Origin: Azolla caroliniana
Lineage: Eukaryota; Plantae; Polypodiophyta
Assembly: GCA_043228905.1 (NCBI GenBank)
Contig: JBHGNT010000075.1
Span: 53,463-117,462, forward strand
Length of the DNA: 64,000 nucleotides
Direction of reading: 5' to 3'
Shown: positions 1 through 12,327 of the stretch, in pieces
Numbering within the stretch: position 1 is the stretch's first letter
Layout of the letters: every line of letters begins with the position of its first letter
Made by a program: the position numbers and the translations under genes
The notes under the pieces: generated by a model
Seen by the model: only the letters and a program-made list of their open reading frames with translations
What the model was told of the DNA's origin: nothing
The model's database searches: none

Positions 1-29
1 CCACGGGACGGGTTGGTTCTTCAACCTTT

Positions 30-2200
30 CTTTTTAGGGTTTGTATCTACCCACAGCCCATCCTTGAATACCAATTATCTCTTGCTTGCTTGAGAGAGGG
101 ATCAATACCCACATTAAGCATCATTTCTTTGCGGTAAATGCTGACTGAGATCTTTCCAATTTATATGAAAGTTAGCTGTTAGAAGGTTTGTACTCGTTCA
201 AGGTTTTGATATTGTTCCTCGCTTAAAATTTACCAATTTCTTGGCTGCACCTTTGTATCTTACCATATCACCATCCTCAATTTTAAATGCATAACATTTA
301 GGTGCTAAGAAATAACCCTCTATTACTTTTTTATATTCAAGCTTAAATTTACCCAACTCGAAGATACTAACTCCGGAGGCAACGGTTTGTCTAGTACTAC
401 AGAGTCTGTATCGGTATAGTAGGAACCCGGGAAATATAGGGATACATGTGTATTCGAGCATATGCTGTTATTGCTGCCGACATCTGTACAGCTGAGGAAG
501 AGCCGGCGTTCCGTGAGTCCATCCAATGAATCATCGATCTAAATGAATCGTCTTTACAATCCTCATTTCTCAGTTTCTGCTGCATTTGTGTTGTATAAGT
601 CAATATATAATGCGTATTATTTATAGCTTCAGCTATACCATATGGATATATTGACATTATCTTGTCAAGTCTTTCTTGATCACAGATCTCTGTTATATTC
701 ATTTCTGGTTTTATACCAAACCTTCCGTACAGAGAGTTCATTGTCAATTTGTGCAGAGATGACGTCACCATGTCGCCTCTCTTTTTTGCTTCCTGCCTCT
801 CTTTATATATCTCGCTTACAAATTCAATAAAAGTTTCTTTCCTTTCAAATAAATACCCATGCTTAACTTCTACTTTGTAACCCAATCTTATAGCATATTT
901 TAACTCTTCCGTAAAGTAGACGCCTGTAAACGTCCCTGTAGGAAATATGTTCCCTTGTAATGTAAGGATCTTTATAGGGTAGTAATGGTATTTTAATTGT
1001 ATCAGGGCATTCGCTTCCACAAAGCAGCCAAATAGATGCTCCATATCGCTGCCTGACAAGTCTCCATACAGGTTTTCCCCCTGGCATAGGCTTTGTCATT
1101 ACGTAAGGGTATAACGAGTTCACGTCATAATAATACATTTCCTTACCATACGGCTTGTATACATCAGTGTGGCCACCAACCCAACCTCGCTCGTCGAATA
1201 AATGATGCTTTGTTAGCATCAGGCCTGTATATTGGATATGCTTTTGGATAGTAGTGAGTACGATAGATCTTCATTGCCATCGACGACACTGTCAGACATT
1301 TCGTTATATCTATACTAAACCGATCCCAGCAAGCAAGCAGTATTTTTCTTATACTTTGCTTAAGCACTCCAGCTAATATCATTATATCCTGTTTTAGATA
1401 CTTTATTAATTCATATTGTTTATCTCTAATATTTAACTTGTTCGATTCTTTATGCGGAATTGAACCTTTACTACTCAGCTCTGGACGCATTGTCTCAGCT
1501 AGAGATTTCAACGAAGGTAATAGTTTTAGAGAGTCCCGTATATATAATAGCGGTGTTTTCAGTTTCTTTTTATCATATATAATAATTTGATCTATTTGAT
1601 GTTCTCTAATTCTAGTTTTTAATATTATATTAGGTTGGATAACTAAATATTTCAATAGCAAGATGCCGTCAAATCGAGACAGATTATGACAATATACCTG
1701 CTCAAAAAATGAATAAATTATTAAACGGGCGGGCGGTTGCTGAGCACGTTAGCTCTTCTCTCCTATTCAAATATTTAGTGCCGCTACTAACACAATTAGT
1801 CATATTGAGGGTTTTTAGGAAATGGAAGAGCGGGCGGCTAACGTTTCTTTTCTTTAACGCCCTTCCGTTCCGTTCACTACGCGAGCGGAGTGATAAGAGC
1901 CCGCTCGTGAGGCGAATAGCAAAAAGTGCTTCCATTTCTACCTTAGTTTCTGCACGAAAAGACACACAGCTTGCCTACGTTCACTCCAAGTATACTCCGT
2001 TTTCATTACAGAAACGTATTATGCTAAGATTTCCCATCAAAATCTGATTATACCCATGTTCTGGAAGTTTTTAGATTGTGTAAAACCATTTTAGTTCTAG
2101 GGGCACCCTCCAACTCACTTGAAAGTGTCAAATTAGCTACAGAGAATCCTCGTGGTTAAAAACGCATAAAGACGTGAAGTGGAGCTTTGACCAAAAAATT
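30..2200 (-). pseudogene. dpo: Frameshifted family-B DNA polymerase of mitochondrial linear-plasmid type, copy 1
   Basis: Motifs are spread over several frames: YCHNLSRFDGIL (ExoII), RDSLKLLP, YYYDVNSLYPYVM, KLTMNSLYGRFG, SAAITAYARIHM, YTDTDS, LGKFKLE, FLAPKCY, and C-terminal WVDTNP. The 5' limit is approximate. Confidence 0.92.
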
Positions 2201-4986
2201 GTTTTAATTTAACAAATCTTTACTAAGCTAAGAGTCAGAGAGAAAAGCGTACGTCACTCACTTAGCATAGAGCGTTTTGTGAGGGCACATTATGTACAAA
2301 CTTTTGGAGAAACTCAGTATGATTATCTCCCCCTATTACCTAGTCGAAATATGAAGAAACTCTATTGAATTCCATTTCTCAATGGCCACAACTTTCTTGT
2401 CAAAGGAACTTCCGTAATTGAAAGAGAATTCTGAGACTCTTGCGCATCTTTGAGAGTTCAAAGTAATTATCATCACTTCAGCCAACACAGAAGGGGAGAC
2501 TTATTTCTCATGGAGCGGCTTTAAGAAAAGTGCAGGGAAGGCAAAGTGAAATATGATGACCAGGGCTATATTGAATTCTGCATATATTACTCCTACAATT
2601 GCACGCAACGTCTTTGGTTTGGAAAACAAATAGGTTGTACCAGGATGGGGGCTTAATGAATGGTTGGATAAGTGAAGGCACCGCACGTTACTATTGAATA
2701 AATGGTGAATAAATGGCTTCTGTAGTGTTTTTCTCTTCAGGTAATGGAATGTATACGTCGGGGCGGGGTCCGCCCCCGCCCACGCCCAAGACGTAAGATG
2801 ATGATCCGCCTTGCCGATGGCCGTTCCGCTCCCGGTTAGTTATTGGCGAGAGGCAGTAACTAACCGAGCGAGAGATTATCAACAGGTTTCATTTCCGATC
2901 CGAAAATATTGTTTAAAACAGTAATTTCCTGAAGAGTATGAATAATAGAATAAGCAATATGATTCACATTTCAATACGGATAAGGGCTCCACCAAGAGAT
3001 TGTTTTTTTTTCCATCGCACTAAACTAAAAAGGAATCGTTGACGTTAGCCTTAGTTCCCCTTTGGCCTCTTCAGTGCCAGTCTTAGATTGAATTTGCTGC
3101 AAGAGCGATAGACCTGTAAATTCCCCAAAGACCTACAGTGAGCTGTGTATTCCTCCTAACAGAAGAGCTACCTTCTTGTAGTTCTTGTAGAAGGTATACC
3201 TTACCCAGATTGCAGTAGTTCTATCCCAGAAAAAGCCGGCACCTTCATTCATGGTGCTTGAAGAAACAGCAAGCAGGTTAATCCGTAAACGTTAGTCACA
3301 AGGGGTACAGGAGTGATGTCACGGGAATTGATGATAAGTATGCAGGTTCCAGCTAAGCTAACGTAGCAGTTGGTGGTCCTCGTATCGATAGATCTCGCCC
3401 TCTATTTCTATCTGTTGGTGGCTTCTTGGCTGTTCTCGCAGCTTCTCAACAGCTGGCGTGGGTTCTCTACAACCTGTTGTTTTTGTTGCTTCCTTGCAGT
3501 CCGTTCCTGTTGGTCGAATGGCTGCTTTAGTCTTGTTGTTCAAGAACGGCGGCTCTGCTGAGGAAATCAACGATCGGACTATTATTCCTCAAAGACCTTT
3601 CGCCAATTGATCCAGAATCGATTTGACAAACAAAATAGGCCAATCGTTGATTTGAGCATGTCTTAGATTGAACTTGTTGCAGGTTCGATAAGGGTAAGCG
3701 GATTCCCGGCGCGCGCGCGCGGCGGAAGAAACCTAGCGAAGACTTCCCTGGCTCTGTCATTCTGATTGGACTGTAGATGATTAAACCATATATTTGAATC
3801 TACCAAATTTCTTCTAGATCGTTCGTTTTAGATGGTATGATTGGCTACCGGGTTCCCTGCCAATGATGTTATAGATACGGAAGTTGCCCTCTTAATGAGT
3901 ATAGAAATCGTTTTCAGTGGGAAAATAGCGCTAACATTATATTCGGTCGTACCGCTGGTTCCCTGTTCTACAGGGGTTTCTCGGCTTTACAGTCTCTCTC
4001 GTGACCCTACTATGAAAAACACGCCGCAGATTAGCCATGAAAAAGACGACATGTGCTACAACAAATCATCCTTTCAGAATGACACAACTTTGGTTTGGCC
4101 AAATCCTGTCCTGCGGGACTAAAATCTGCAAAATAAAAAAGTAGTTTTCGCTCGTTATATTCGCTAGGCCCGCATTCTGCATAGTAACATTCGTTTCTTC
4201 CAAAACAAAGCATACGCTTTGGACGTATTTGCGGAACATTTAGGGTTTTCTTTTCTGATTTTTTTCAATCTAGCCTTTTGTTCAACAACTCTTTCTTTTT
4301 GGTTCACTAATCCGTCATCCTCCTCAAAGTCTAAATCATAGCGATCCTACGGATCAAGCTCTAGTACATCGTCATCAATTTCTGTACTTTGTGAAGTGTC
4401 TATAGCGGTGTCTACGTAGTAATCATACTCGTCATGGGAGGTTGAGCCGTAAATTGCTTATCTCACGCAGCATGAAAATGAAGGGTTTTCGATGAAGCGG
4501 TTCATGCGGTCGGGCGGGGGTTTCTGTATCTCGATGTCATTTAAAAAATCCAAGTGCGCACGCAGGCAGGCAGTTTAACCAACTTAGACTACAATCCACG
4601 ACACCGCTTTCTCCGGCCGGAATCTCCATCAACGCAATGATCAACATCCTCCATGCCCTTCGTGACAGCAAGCAACACTGACTCTTGACTCAGATTCTTT
4701 GTTTGCCGTGATCCCCTTTTTGCAAAATAAAATATACCCCCTTTCCCCCCAATAATTGAGATAGTCGTCGTTTTTGCTTCCAACACTATGGATGGTTAGA
4801 ATGTATACAGCCTGTAGCTGTTGTACTGCTCGTAGCCCTCGTTACGTTATTTTGTGCCGCTTCATCGTTGAGTCTTCTTGCCCAACCTTTTCGTTAGTAG
4901 TGTTTGCAGTAATGGGTGTAATCTCCCGCCAGGTCTCCGGTTTCACTTCCGCTGCTGTAATGACATGTGCCCATTCTTCCGCCCGC

Positions 4987-5027
<41 letters not shown>

Positions 5028-5748
5028 AAGGGGAACTCCAAAGAGGCAAAGAATTAGCAATGCCCACAGCCTCGGTAGCGTAGCAGGATCTTCCAGTGAG
5101 TGTTGAATAAGCAAAATATACGAGGCCATTGGACCTCATCAAACTCTTTTGCGACACCTTTTCGTTCGACTAAACAAATCAGCGAGACCGTGCTGCTGCT
5201 GCGTGGGACCTCAAACAGTTGCCTGATACTTCAGGCGTGTAAATAAGAAAATCCAAATAACAATTGTTACGTTTATAGCCTATAACTGGCTTGATCCGGC
5301 TTTCTTTCTTGGGCGAGGCCCGAAAGAAAAGAAAAGAAAAGAAAAGAAGCCGTTTAAAGTCTGACAGACTGTAAAAGAGTAAGTATTAGCCATGGTGATT
5401 CTATTTTGTTCTTCTTAATATATTAAAAGTTATTACTTCGGAAACGGTAGAGCCTCTAGCAAGCCGGTGGTGCAAGCGAATAAGGTGAATGGGACCCTAC
5501 TTTTCTATCGGGAGTATTTCGTTTTATGAAAAAACCTCATAAAGCCCGTATATGCCCGGGTTCATATATCAAAATAAACCCTAATCTTGGCTCGGAAAGT
5601 CGAAGCGGGAAGTGGCCGAATGAAAAAAGCGTTTGATTTCAGTAAATCCGCTTTCAAAAGAGAGATTCGAATCGTATCTCCTCCCTTAATGCCAAAGTAT
5701 ACTTCGTATTCAAGAAGGAAAAACGAAGTGCAATGAGTTTAATGGTGC

Positions 5749-6051
5749 TCGACCTTTCATGCGATTAGGAAATTCCACGGCAATGGTCCCGCGAATTCGA
5801 GAAGTTACCACCGGAATGGCCAGCCCAATTGCGAATTCCGCAACTGCCACCGTTAACACTAGTAAAGTGAGTGATTAACCCATCATATCATCCGAATAGA
5901 CAGAAAATACCGGAGAGTTCAAATTGACAGCCAATAACATTAACTCAATTAGCGTCGGCATAATAGTAATATTCCTTCTATTTGAGAGAATTCCCTGAAT
6001 ACCTGAAAGAGAGGAAATCATGGAAAATGTCAAATATTTGACCAGATCCGT
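5749..6051 (-). CDS. nad4L: NADH dehydrogenase subunit 4L, copy 1 (ACG start and CGA stop need C-to-U editing; internal TAA needs U-to-C)
   Basis: Translates as (M)[11 protein letters not shown]...NRRNI...[11 protein letters not shown]...DDMMGQ...IGLAI...[10 protein letters not shown]; 303 nt. Confidence 0.95.
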
Positions 6052-6271
6052 AAGAAAAAGTCTTTCTTCGTTTCATAAAAATCGTAGTGAGATTGGTTCT
6101 TTATAATCATGGCTGTTTAAAAAGAAGTGAAAAGGGGCAAGTAATCCCATATACCAATATAGCGAAAAGTGACCGAAGCATGATGCAGGTTCGGTTGAAA
6201 GGAAGAACCCGCTAGCCCGCCCTGAACAAGGGCAAAGCATTCCGTAGGTATATAATCTAATGTGCACTTTC

Positions 6272-6345
6272 CGCATCCTACAGGACTTGAACCTGTGACC
6301 TTCAACTTAGAAGGTTGTTGCTCTATCCGACTGAGCTAAGGATGC
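6272..6345 (-). tRNA. trnR: tRNA-Arg(UCU), copy 1
   Basis: Cloverleaf gcatccttagctcagtcggatagagc...cttctaa...ggttcaagtcc...aggatgc. Confidence 0.95.
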
Positions 6346-6499
6346 TGTGCATTACAAACACTTCTAGGCTTTTCAGTTAAGTCAGGTAAAACTTGCTTGC
6401 CTTTTCGCCGAAAAAGCAATAGAAAAAAGTTATGAATACAAGAAAGAAGAAACCGCAACCGCAGCCCTGGATGATTCTTCCTGAAGTAAGTTCTAAAGA

Positions 6500-6889
6500 A
6501 TGCCATTCTTTTCCGTAAAGACTTTTCTTCTCATTTTCGAATTTGCCCCTATTTCTTTCTACCTAGTCATCAGTTTGCTACCTTCCCTGATCCCAATTGG
6601 TGCTTTTTTCGCATTTGCTTTGAAAGGTTCGGCCTATCCGGATAAATTGTCAGCTCACGAACGCGGTTCTGACCTACTTGGTGATGTCAGAAGTCGTTTT
6701 GATACATGACCTTATTCGGTCTCCCCTTCATTTATTATCTTCGATTCGGAAGTGACCCTCTCGTTTCCCCGGGCAGTATCCTCGAACAAGATTGGTTGGT
6801 TTGGATTTCGGTCTATGATGGTGTTTGTACGGATTCCGACCATTGGATCTCTTCATGAATGGAAAAAGGGCGCTCTGGACTGGGAGTAA
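6500..6889 (+). CDS. nad3: NADH dehydrogenase subunit 3 (heavily edited; start uncertain)
   Basis: EFAPISFYLVISLL...AYPDKLSAHERG...RSRFD...EWKKGALDWE*; the internal TGA needs U-to-C editing. Confidence 0.95.
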
Positions 6890-6997
6890 CCGACACTGAA
6901 GAGTCAGGCCCCATCAAGGCAGATGCATGATGAACGCTTTTCGGGGCCGCACGCAGAAGGAAAAACACAGAATGAACCGAATACTACTATTACTATC

Positions 6998-8209
6998 ATG
7001 GCCAGGTGACTTCCAATTCTTAAATAGCCTTTATTTTCTATACTTAACTAGCATTCGATAGATCATCTAATTCTGAGCAATATAAGTCATCGGTGGGGGT
7101 TTGGTTTGTTAGCCGGTCTTCGTCCAGTCATTTAGATCATTATCGGCGTCTTTTCAGCTATGTATTATACACCTCATGTCGATCTGGCTCTCAACAGCGT
7201 AGAACACATTATGAGAGATGTGAAGGGAGGCTGGTTGCTTTGTTACATGTATGCCAATGGGGCCAGTATGTTCTTCACTGCAGTTCATATCTATATTTTC
7301 TGCGGTCCGTATCATGGAAGCTATATCAGTCTCAGAGAATTCATTCGGTGTCTCGGAGTTGTCACCCTTCTATCAACGATCGTTACCGCTTTCACAGGCC
7401 ATGTACTCTTCCGGGGTTAAATGAGCTTTCGGGGAGCTATAGTAACTACCAGCTCAGCTAGTGTCGTATTTATAGTAGGAGATACCATAGTCACTCGGCT
7501 TTGGGGTGGTTTCTCCGTAGACAATGCCACCCTAAATCGTTTCTCCAGTCCTTATCACTCACTCCTTTTCGTAATTGCAGGCGCTAGTCCTATCTATCCG
7601 GCTGCGTTATATTAATACGGATTCAACAATCCATTGGGCATAAATTCTTCTGTGGATAAAATTGCTTTTCATCTCTATCTTTACGCCAAGGATTTGGTGG
7701 GTCGGGTAGCATTTGCCATTTTCTTCTCCATCCGGCTCTTCTATGCACCTAATGTCTTGGGATACTCCGACAATTATATGCCTGCGAATCCGATGTTCAC
7801 TCTGGCTTATATTGTATTAGAATGGTATCCCTTATCAATCTATGCTATTCCGTGAAGTATCCTCAACAAATTAGGAGGAGTGGCCGCTACAGGACCAGTT
7901 TTTGTGTCATCACTGGCCCCACTTTTCCTTAACACTTCCGCAGTACGGAGTTTAAGTTCTTGACTAATTTACTAAAGAATGTTTCGGTTGCCTTTGGCCG
8001 ATTGCTTACTTTTAGGTTGGATTGGATGTTAACCAGTGGAGGCACCGCACGTTACTATTGGATAAATGGCTTTTGTAGTGTTTTCCTCTTATTCTGCTAT
8101 CACGCCCATTCTTGGCCAAATAGAAGCCAGATTAATAATGAATGCCGACGATGCCACGATAGGTCGGCACTTCGCTATGCCAGTTTATTACCCCAGCCAG
8201 AACCGCTAA
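6998..8209 (+). CDS. cob: Apocytochrome b, intronless, heavily edited
   Basis: MARRL.ILKQP...HIMRDVKGGWL...ANGASMFF...WGGFSVDNATLNRF...PANPM...EWY; one continuous frame once in-frame stops are reverse-edited. Confidence 0.96.
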
Positions 8210-8329
8210 TATAAGAAAATAAATAAAGGCCGCAACGCTTATAGATAAACTGATTTTCTAATAAAAAAGAACAGGATTGAGCCTTCTAGTACTTGTTGTG
8301 AACTAACTTTTAGTACTTGTTGTGAAGGT

Positions 8330-8690
8330 GGTTTTAATGAGGAATAGAATAATATTATTGAAAACAATTTAGATAAAAAATGTTTAATGTTTTGGGATGT
8401 TACATTTTGGAATTGTTAATTGATAAAGAGTTAGTAAAACTTATGGAGAATCCAAACATGGATGAACAACCAGTTATTTGTTCTGCAGGAAGGAGGATTT
8501 TTTAAGAAAAAAAGACTCTATGTTCGATGTTTATACAATATTAGAAATCTCTTACCTGTCAAGTTGAACTTACCAATGGTTGTTCTGCTAGTACTTTGGG
8601 TTATAAAATAGAAAGAATAGAAAGAATGTGAAACAGTTACTTTGAGTGGTGGTTATTTGACCGAGCCTATTGATATTTACTATCGCTAAG
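8330..8690 (+). pseudogene. rpo: Fragment of phage-type RNA polymerase of mitochondrial linear-plasmid type
   Basis: LGCYILELLIDKELVKL ... YVRCLYNIRNLLPVKLNLPMV...W...LSGGYLTEP.DIYYR resembles the recalled plasmid rpo block LLPIKLNLPMV..P..W...GGYL. Confidence 0.7.
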
Positions 8691-9776
8691 AATGCGGTTG
8701 AGTAAGGCCCGCCCGAAAACGACATATAAAAAGCACTCTACCCAGCTGGAAGGTGCAGAGCAGGAAGATATATTGATGAGTGGGTCGAAGAAACAAAGAA
8801 AGGGTTATAAACAGCAGCAAAAAAGGCCTTCATCAAGTACACAATCAAATACACAATCAAAAGCAGCAGCTGGGAGATCACCTATTTCTTCCTGTCAGCT
8901 CACAATTGTTGCTTGCATCCAGGCCTGTCTGCAGACAATGAATCAAAGCAATCCTTCAACGCTTCTTCCGCCGGCCGCAGAGACCAAAGCAGTGCTGCTT
9001 TGTAAACTAAACCGTGATTCAATGTATCTTTTAGAGCCTGAAAGTTCGTTGAAACCAGACCTGCAGTCCGGCGGCAGGGTCTACGACTGACTTCAGGCAA
9101 CATGAATTACGAAGCTTTTTTGTCAAGGAATAAGAAGAAATATAAAGTACTAAAAAGAATATCATCATTTTATGATGGAGTTTATAAGTATTTGATATAT
9201 AAGTCTTTAAATTTGTTTATCAAAAAGATTACATATGCTGACAGGATCGGTCGATCCAAAAAAATTATTAATAGATTTAAGATATCATTTGCTCTCAACT
9301 TGGACAACAGCTGTTTGTATGCATCTTTTAGGTTATATAATGGTAATTCTTTTTAGACCAGAAGGCAACAAACAAGTTTATAGCTGGTGACAGTAATCAA
9401 TTATTCTATCTATTGGGAATAAGTGGGATAACTAGTATGATTCTATCACTGGTGAGTGTAAAAAAGAATGGAACTATTACAAACAAAAAAGAAGTTATAT
9501 GCGAATGCGCAAGTCTTACTGTTAGGTGGTCTAACATGGTACCTTATAGGCGTGATAGATCTTCCATTAATAAAAGATCAAATAGATGTTATAGGTATGT
9601 TTTAGAATGTTTTATGTCTTCAGCCGGAGAAGATATAGAAGCATCTCGAGGTTGGTTCTGCGGTCAGCACGCAACCTTCTTCTTCCTCAGCAACCAACCG
9701 AAAATGGTGGGGCTAGTGTGCAGCCTAAGCATGTACCGGAAGAAGGCTCTAAAACTACGGCTGATAGTAGTTCAAG

Positions 9777-9816
<40 letters not shown>

Positions 9817-9932
9817 GCGAGAGAAGATTCTCGGCTGAGCGTGTAGTGAAGGACGACAGAGAGCTAAATTATTATTCTTCGGAATCAGTTAAAATATCAA
9901 CAGGTTCTGCTAGAGAAGGAGTAGAATCGCAG

Positions 9933-9998
9933 GCAGGTCTCGCTCGGAAAATGTTGCTTGCGCAGGTCTCGCTCGGGAAATGTTGCTTGCGCAGGTCT
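9933..9998. repeat. 29-bp tandem repeat, about 2.3 copies
   Basis: gcaggtctcgctcggRaaatgttgcttgc starts at 9933, 9962 and 9991. Confidence 0.85.
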
Positions 9999-12327
9999 TA
10001 GGAGAATCGGGTGACGCTACAAATAAAGAACCAATGTATAAAAATAAGTCTTTTTGGGGAGTGGTACTCACTACTATAAATATATGTGTAATAACCTATA
10101 TCTTTGGCGGTAGTAGTGGTGGAGGTAGCAGTGACAGTAGCCCGTCTGCTAGTAGCATAATAGGTGAATCCAATCCCTTCTTATATCTATATAATTGGCT
10201 GAGACCTCCACATAACAGACTTAATTTACCGCTTTAAACGAAATAGACTCTGTAAATTCAACAGGTAGAATAATGGAAAGCGCGTCGTATGCATTAGATT
10301 ATCTGCTTCATAACAGCAACGAATTCTACATGTCAATTCAGTATCCTTTACAGCAAGCAACCTGAAAGGTTTTCTTTATTGAATTTGTATAAGATTGGTA
10401 CATGAGCGCATTCAGCGTGGTATGCGGCTAGATACCAGGCCTTCAGAAAGCGAAATTAACACTATTGTGGGTGGAAAGATTATTATCTTTTAATAGCAGG
10501 GAATCATCATTATTGGGTATTTCAGACACTCACTGAAATTTATTTACAAATTAATTCCTATCTTACTGCATCTGATATACCTCCAATAACTACTATTAGA
10601 AACAACGGAATGCATACTGTTCTATATCCTGCCTGAAAGTTATTCAGTTTCAGTCATAAATCGTCCATCGCTATTAACCAATAGTAGTGAGAGTGACAGT
10701 GATATTATACCTCCCAACAGGTTTACGTGGAAAATACAAATCTTCTTACCACTGACAGTGCTGATGAGGTTCTTGTACCTCCCGTTGATCAAAACATGTC
10801 GAAACACAAACTGAAGAAAGGCCAACTGATGCCGAAACACAAACTGATACAGACCTATCTCGTAGGGGAAGTCGCCGTTCTTCGACGACAGAAAGAAGCA
10901 GCGACAGATGAAAATCTAGCTTCAACTGCCTTCTCCGCCCGGTTACATAGTTATACTGCATATGATAATCCTCTTATGGATGATCCTTTTATAAATGATG
11001 AATAAGAATATCACCATGAACCACTTTCTTCGCCGCCGAACACTACCACCACCTCAAAAAAATTCTGAGATTAGCTGCTTTCCTTTCGCGCAGGCAGGCA
11101 GTAATGGTGAAAGAGAGTCCTCCCCGCTACATCAGCATGCCGAATCTGCTGCGACAATGAAGCCCACAGTGCAGAGTTTTTTTCATTTCTATGCTATTCT
11201 ATAAATTAATATTGAAAGCCGCAGTCTAATCTTTTAGAGGATGGATGGGTAAACGTCTCAGGTTCAATCGTTGATTTCTGCCTAGGAAATGGCATTGGAT
11301 GAAGAGTTCAATCCTGCTTCACTCTGCTGCGGTTCTTCCCACGCACGCTGAACCCGTTCTTCACGTAGTGTCGATGCAGACATTTTTGCCTGCCGAGTAG
11401 CTGCATCATGCAATTTTGTTTTTGTTTTGGCGGGCGGTCTTCGCATTAGACTGATCTTTCGATGCAGCGAGATCCCGCCCACCAACTCTGCTTGCTGGGA
11501 GAGCAGCACCTGTCTTAACGGTTACGGCTAGAGGGTCCAATCCTTTTCAATATGTCGTCTACGCAAGCAGACAAGAACAATTATTCTATCAACCTCCCGC
11601 AACTAATAAAGTTGTTAAAGAAGAAACAATGCAGCAGCTCTATCTATTATAAAGCATTGCTTTAAAGAGTCTAATCTGCCGGCCGTTAGGATGGATGGGT
11701 AAACGCCCAATCGTTGATTTCTGCCTAGGAAATGATGAATAGATTTTGAGGCATGTTTCAATCCTGTTCCTTCCTTCCTCTCTGCAACTTATTTATCAAG
11801 TCAAGGAGGAGTGCCCTTACTTATATTATATTCTTCACTTATCTTCGATGTTGTTGGAGTAGCATAATGCTGCGAGTCGGCGTTCTTCGCAGGCAGTAGC
11901 TTGATCCTTTTTTTTCGATGTAACTTTGATGTCGTTGTTGGCCTGTGCAGCGACTATGCCACCAGTACATTCCGTGAACTGCTGCTTGCTGTTTTAGACC
12001 ATTATCCTCTTCTTTATGGGTTGTCTTCCAAAGATCTTCTTCTTTGTTTTTGACCATTTTATATAATTGAAGTTATTCTTTTTTCTGTAGCTTTTCGAAG
12101 AACTTTGGAAGCTCAAGCTGTAACATTTCTTCGATTGTCGTGCGTTTTAATCGCTCAATACATTTTCTTCGAGCTTCTGTATTTTCTCTTGTAACATCTT
12201 CTTTTCACGACGTTGTAACACTTCTTCACGACTCGTAGCTTTCCTCTTCTTGCGCTTCTGCGGCGTAGGTTCTACAGCTGCTACTTTATTAGGTGAAGCC
12301 ACGGGACGGGTTGGTTCTTCAACCTTT

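Larger units (their letters stand above)
1..6453. repeat. Large direct repeat, copy 1 (may extend left of the window); copy 2 at 12299-18751
   Basis: Sequence and all ORFs recur with a constant offset of 12298; identity breaks at 6454/18752 (aaaccgc vs aaactaa). Confidence 0.97.

Noticed and set aside
3527-3760. IDSGS motif suggesting a retrotransposon aspartic protease; similar 27-mer at about 26194
   Set aside because: A single short motif, with no gag, RT, integrase or LTR evidence that I could recognise.
4774-5157. ORFs containing LLACLLAC / ASKQASKQ repeats (many across the window)
   Set aside because: They are translations of (GCAA/TTGC)n microsatellites, not proteins.
6998-8209. Calling cob, atp1, nad2 and rpl2 pseudogenes because of internal stops
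   Set aside because: The stops fall at conserved Gln/Arg codons and the frames are intact, as expected for U-to-C editing.
8286-11735. Short repeated units (8291/8311, 9933-9998, 11238/11688) considered as a CRISPR-like array
   Set aside because: Two to three copies each with no regular repeat-spacer structure; ordinary local duplications.
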